Of a stretch of 64,000 nt of DNA, positions 60,326-64,000 are shown piece after piece. Position numbers and translations under genes: made by a program. Source of the DNA: Selaginella moellendorffii (lineage: Eukaryota > Plantae > Lycopodiophyta); NCBI RefSeq assembly GCF_000143415.4, contig NW_003314262.1, positions 3,212,603 to 3,276,602 of the forward strand, given 5' to 3'. Below the pieces are notes generated by a model. The model did no database searches, had not been told where the DNA came from, and was given only the letters and a program-made list of their open reading frames with translations. Positions within the stretch are counted from its first letter, which is position 1; each line of letters opens with the position of its first letter.

Positions 60326-61086
60326 GATCTCGAGTACTTGGTGGTGAAAGCTCTCAAAGATTTATGGATCATTTTCTATCAAATGCCACCTTGACTTACG
60401 TCAGTAAAATCATTTAATAATTAGTATCCCAGGAAACGCTAATTGACTCTTAGAGAGAAAATATGTTTATAAGTTGTTACTTTCCACAAAATACATAGCA
60501 TGAAAGCAAATATCAGTCAATGAAGGCCATTTGTCTTTGCGGCGTAGCTATCACTGGGAACATCATGTGCACCACAAGACCAACCAGCTAACACCAGTCC
60601 TTCAAAATGTTCGTAAAATTCCGAGATGTTTCTGATACTGCATCTTGTCTTTGAGCTCCAAGTGCCACTTCCCACAAGTAAAGCAATGCGGCCAAGGAGA
60701 AAGAAAGATTTGGATCAGAGTCAAGTAAGCCATAATCAAACTCCACACTATAGAAAAACTGAAATTCAATTCTTGAAAATTCACAAGAGATTTAATTACT
60801 GAATCTACTACTCCACACAGGAGCAATGCTTGGATTGACATATGCTCTAGTGAAAATTAGCACTAGAAATGCAGCGCCTAGATCAAGAACATTAGTATTA
60901 GTATTTTGCAATGAGTGAAATTGAGGATTTCTGTAGTGCCAACAAACAAGAAGAGCATCATCTTCATGGTTACCCAAGACAACCTATCAAGCCCTGGAGA
61001 TAGAGGTGTTGGTTATTTAAATCCACATAAGTTGATCATGTGATATAAATTATTAAGAGTTCCAGTTGAGGATGCTGGATTGAGCT

Positions 61087-62245
61087 CTATTGAGTGGATC
61101 CCAGGCAAGCCTGAGGAGCTTTCAAGAATCTAATCTGCAATGCAAGGGCAGTATCAAGCAGACAACGACGTTCTGGTGATAAGTCTTTCACGTCCCGGAT
61201 AAAGCTGGCCGATGGAGATAGATACCGAGACGTGGAACCAGAATAGGCCGTAAGTTCGGAACTCCCAACCACAGACGAGCCTCTTGGACACCGGGAGAGC
61301 CAAGTTGGTGGAGTTGCTATAAGTGTACTGGCAGCCCCCTCGAGCTTGAAACTTGTGGAAGTATTTCCGACCCGAGAAATGTTGCTGCTGCTCATCGTTG
61401 AATAATCCGCCAACCGTGGAAGTAATGGTGTTCACGGTGTTCTTAGCAACGGAACAGAAGAAGGTTGAATTCCCAATCGCTTCAGCTGCTTCTTCTGGAA
61501 ACAATTCAATTTTAAGATCAGTCGGAGAGCACGAAAGGAAAGGAAAATCCGGGAGAACGGCTCAGTCTTGAACTCCTGGCAGCAGCAGCCTGACGGGAAG
61601 AAATAGAGGTGTAGTCTCAGCCCCATTTCCTGCCACCGAGAGTGGCGCTCTGTCATCGGTCCTCCACACGTATTTCTTCTGCGAGCTGTACCACAACACT
61701 TGCCCAAACTCGTGCTCCCGAGCCAGCCTCAAGAAGTTGTCCTCCAGCGACGCATCGTCCGCCACCGACAGCGTCACAGACCTCTTCGTCATGGACCGTA
61801 CAGAGGCCGGGACGACGATTCTCATGGACACGAGGTACTCGTAAGTTCCTCCTCCGCGACTCCACAGGCTGCTGCCGTGAGCCCCCGTGCTCACCATGCC
61901 CGCTGGCGGGTGCAAAGTCACGCCTTGCACCGCCAGGAGATCCATGAGCTCGCCAAGCATGATTCCAGGAGGCGTGGAGGCCGTCATGGAGCTCTTGTCG
62001 ACGACGACGCTCGAGATGGAGTTGAAGCTAGCGGTGCTGATGACAACTTCCCCTGTGTCGGATCCGGAGTTTGGACACGCGAATTTGGTCATGGTATGTG
62101 CCTCCCTGCTTACCACTTTGATCTTCTTGCGATCCGGCCATGGACCTCTGAGATAGTTCTTGAGCTCGCAGCCACTCGCATCGCATTCTACTAGAGATCT
62201 TACAAGAGCAAGTCGAGAGAAAAGAGGAGGGTGGACGAACTTCAT
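61087..62245 (-). pseudogene. GULLO copy C, with multiple internal deletions and a 3' truncation
   Basis: Collinear with copy A, but segments are missing (e.g. after WPDR and after IVVPAS) and it has frameshifts. Confidence 0.88.
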
Positions 62246-63069
62246 GATCTCGAGCACTTCCGGTGAAAACTCTGTCAATAAAATGATTTAATAATTAGTA
62301 TATTGGTGGGTTGACAAACCCTAGGTATGAAAGCAAGAATCAGTCAATGAAGGCCATTTGTCTTTGCGGCCTATCTATCACTGGGAGCACCAATCCTTCA
62401 TAAGGCTTGTAAATTCCATCCTGTCACTTCCCGCAAGTAAAGCAATGCAGTCAAGGAGAAAGAAAGATTTGAGTCTTGATCAAACTCCACAGTAGAGAAA
62501 AATTGAATTTCATAGTTAATGAAATTCAAATGAAACTCTTGTAAAATCTTGAAAATTCAAAAGAGATTCTTAATTACTGAATTAGTATTCTCCTAGAAAT
62601 GCTAGTGCTTATCAGCGTAGTAATTTCAAGTAACTGGTAGTGCCTTTATTTGGCACATATCGCTTTGCCACATAAGCTGAGATTGCCAATAAAAATTTCA
62701 TATAATTATATCATATTAATAATTCACAATGAGTGAAATCTCAAATTTCTCTAGTGCAAACAAAGAAGAGGAACATCATCTCCTGCCCAGCTAAGACAAC
62801 CTATCAAGCCTTGGAGATAAAACTCCATAGTTCTACAGGTCATTAAAGTTTTGATGGGTGTGCAATTTAAAGGTTCTTTTATCCCACTCTAAAAACACTT
62901 TAAAAATCGGTCATTAGGGCACTAATTTATGTGTTTTTAAGGGTTTCCAAAAAAAATCAAAATTAGGATAATATTTTTAGTTATTTCTTTTTATTCCTTT
63001 TTTGATAATTTGGTACATTGATTTAAATTTTTCCTCAACAAAATAATGAATATTCTAAATAAACCCTTA

Positions 63070-63810
63070 AGTTGTACACACTCACAAACTTTTAGTATAA
63101 ACCCCAGATATTCAGGGAGTCTGGGAGAATGCTCGCTCGATGTTTTTGTTTGATCTAAGTGAGATACTTGATTGGCTTGAGCTGAAGCTAATTCATATCT
63201 ATTTAAAACTGTTTAAATCCACATATAAGTTGATTGTGGGTTCAACTCCACCTTCTTCTTGACTTACCCTCATTGATGCTGGCCTGCTACCTTAGCCTCC
63301 TCCTCTTCCTTTCAATCTACAGCAAAGAAAAACTCTAGGTAGCTTATTGATAGATATAAATTTTAAATATTTATCTGGCTTAGATATAAACTATTAAGAA
63401 TTTCTCAAAGCTGTTAACAAGGTTATAGGAGGAATAAGAGCTAGATTAGGCCCAAGAGAGACATTGTGTCACGGGCAACAATGATCGCCCAAGCTGGAGT
63501 ATTTGGCTGCTGCAAGGGAGATCTTCAATGTGAGAGGACGACAGCCTAGCTCAAGAACAGGAGGATGATCAAGGGCAGAGATTTTTTTCTTGAAGAGGAT
63601 GCCAGAGATGGACGACTTCCATGGTTAGAGACGTATTGCAAAGGGCAGGCTCAACGAAGAAGAGGAACTGTCTGGAATAATTTTTTTGACTTTTTAACTT
63701 GTTGACCTTCTTGATTCTTTAAAAAATATAATCCGATATTTTAAGTATATTCCTTACACCGAGCACATCTCAGAACTGAACAACAAACAAGGAGAAATGA
63801 TGCATCTTAA
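63070..63810. repeat. Segmental duplicate of the spacer at 57260-57900
   Basis: Shared TTAAGTTGTACACACTCACAAAC...GAAATGATGCATCTTAAC; the stop codons of copies B and D are 5908 bp apart. Confidence 0.85.
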
Positions 63811-64000
63811 CTTCTATTGCTACAGACTCTTGCCTCGCGATAAACAAGTCCTGGTCTGCAAAAATATCCTTTGTCTGGAGCACAGTGCCTAGCTTCGCTG
63901 CAAACACACAGTCCTTCCAAAGCACATCCATCCTTTGCTGTCACCGGACTTCCTCGGATTCCCAGCACAGCATCAGACCAATCACTTGAAAACCATCCTT
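63807..64000 (-). CDS. GULLO copy D, 3' end only (runs off the window)
   Basis: Encodes [31 protein letters not shown], as in copy A. Confidence 0.75.
   Translation of the reverse strand, partial: GWFSSDWSDAVLGIRGSPVTAKDGCALEGLCVCSEARHCAPDKGYFCRPGLVYREARVCSNRS

Overview
Gene-dense land-plant nuclear DNA. Many 50-80 nt GT-AG introns, short intergenic spacers and a PLS-type PPR gene suggest a Selaginella-like lycophyte (inference). Genes, left to right: CUC/NAM-type NAC factor, TLC-domain protein, tRNA-Arg(CCG), P-class PPR, an N-myristoylated acidic protein, PLS-PPR, NYN-LOTUS (MARF1-like) nuclease, exosome RRP45, an alpha-carbonic anhydrase plus a tandem pseudogene, DOMON-cytochrome b561, ferritin, three nsLTPs, tRNA-Arg(CCT), a PD-(D/E)xK nuclease-protein kinase fusion, a coiled-coil protein, a type III sucrose transporter and a four-copy gulonolactone-oxidase-like array. 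AT-rich transposon relics (Ty3/gypsy, Sola-like) lie between the genes. The most notable items are: (1) an intact, spliced REase + non-RD kinase gene of Crinkler/CR-effector-like architecture inside a transposon graveyard; (2) a complete 581-bp 5S-rRNA-carrying Cassandra-type TRIM nested in a dead gypsy element; (3) a tRNA-Arg(CCG) built on the tRNA-Arg(CCT) body, with a paired change at base 37; (4) a NAC gene that keeps the peptide motif of the miR164 site but lacks cleavable complementarity. All family calls come from motif recognition by eye; no database searches were run.
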